41,009 nucleotides of DNA from Candidatus Moraniibacteriota bacterium. Lineage in GTDB: Bacteria; Patescibacteriota; Minisyncoccia; Moranbacterales; UBA2206. Each line of letters opens with the position of its first letter. The stretch's first letter is position 1. The notes under the pieces are model-generated. The model saw only the letters and a list, made by a program, of their open reading frames with translations, was not told where the DNA came from and made no database searches. Below, piece by piece: positions 40,472 through 41,009 of the stretch. The translations under genes and the position numbers were made by a program. Location: the NCBI GenBank assembly GCA_026396205.1, contig JAPLXF010000066.1, positions 1 to 41,009 of the forward strand, given 5' to 3'.

Positions 40472-41009
40472 TTATTTTTTCTCTCCGCTAATAATCGCTT
40501 CAGCCACATTTTTGGGAACTTCTTCATAATGTCCGAATTCCATCGTATAGCTGGCGCGGCCCTGGGTCATGGAACGCAGCTGCGTGGCGTAGCCGAACAT
40601 GGAAGCCAATGGCACTTCGGCGTCAATTACTTTGACGCGCGCGTTGCCTTCTCCGCGGTCGCCCATTTCTTTTATAATTCCTCTCTTGGAATTCAAATCG
40701 CCGACTACATCACCCATAAAATTTTCCGAAGTAATCACCTGCACTTTCATAATCGGCTCCAGAATAATCGGGTTGGCGCGGCGGCAGGCTTCTTTAAAAC
40801 CCATGGAACCGGCAATCTTGAAAGCGGCTTCGGATGAATCCACATCATGGTAAGAGCCATCATAAACCGTGGCCTTAACATCCACCATCGGATAGCCCGC
40901 CAGAACGCCGTTATCCAAAGATTCTTTGATTCCTTTTTCGATGGCGGGAATAAATTCTTGCGGGATAACTCCCCCTTTAATTTCGCTAATAAATTCAAAA
41001 CCTTTGCCC
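40472..41009 (-). CDS. fusA: Elongation factor G, C-terminal part (gene continues past window end)
   Basis: Frame open to the window edge: [60 protein letters not shown]...[18 protein letters not shown]. Confidence 0.93.
   Translation of the reverse strand, partial: GKGFEFISEIKGGVIPQEFIPAIEKGIKESLDNGVLAGYPMVDVKATVYDGSYHDVDSSEAAFKIAGSMGFKEACRRANPIILEPIMKVQVITSENFMGDVVGDLNSKRGIIKEMGDRGEGNARVKVIDAEVPLASMFGYATQLRSMTQGRASYTMEFGHYEEVPKNVAEAIISGEKK

Overview
Low-GC bacterial window, coded almost entirely on the minus strand. It resembles a Candidate Phyla Radiation/Patescibacteria-type genome. That placement is inference, based on no L30 gene between S5 and L15, a DGR, small selfish genes (GxxExxY, GIY-YIG, four-helix-bundle) and a two-subunit group-3-like [NiFe] hydrogenase. 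Core content: glyA (partial); rplA-rplK-nusG-secE; plus-strand tRNA-Ala(UGC) and tRNA-Ile(GAU); murD; an amidohydrolase; gap; fba; tpiA; galT; a GT2 glycosyltransferase; ruvX; and the long block fusA(partial) ... tuf-rpsJ-rplC ... rplO-secY-adk-map. Accessory content: (1) a complete diversity-generating retroelement at 8288-10801, with RT, an Avd-like gene on the opposite strand, TR 9576-9701 and VR 10002-10127 showing an adenine-only mismatch pattern, inserted into a [NiFe]-hydrogenase/hyp cluster; (2) a RAYT-type Y1 transposase carrying its own REP doublet in frame and apparently truncating hypA; (3) an IS1595-family insertion; (4) a 4.5-kb island splitting fusA from tuf, with an ArsR-like regulator and two long palindromic operators. 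The least explained signal is in the intergenic spacers. A ~165-nt structured element (type A, 6 copies) has compensatory base changes, ends exactly at or a few nt before start codons of unrelated genes and pairs the AUG. A ~77-nt stop-to-start spacer (type B, 7 copies) is built from phased CGAATTA/TAATTCG words. Two further spacer repeat families (C, D) are also present. I could not assign type A to any RNA family I know.
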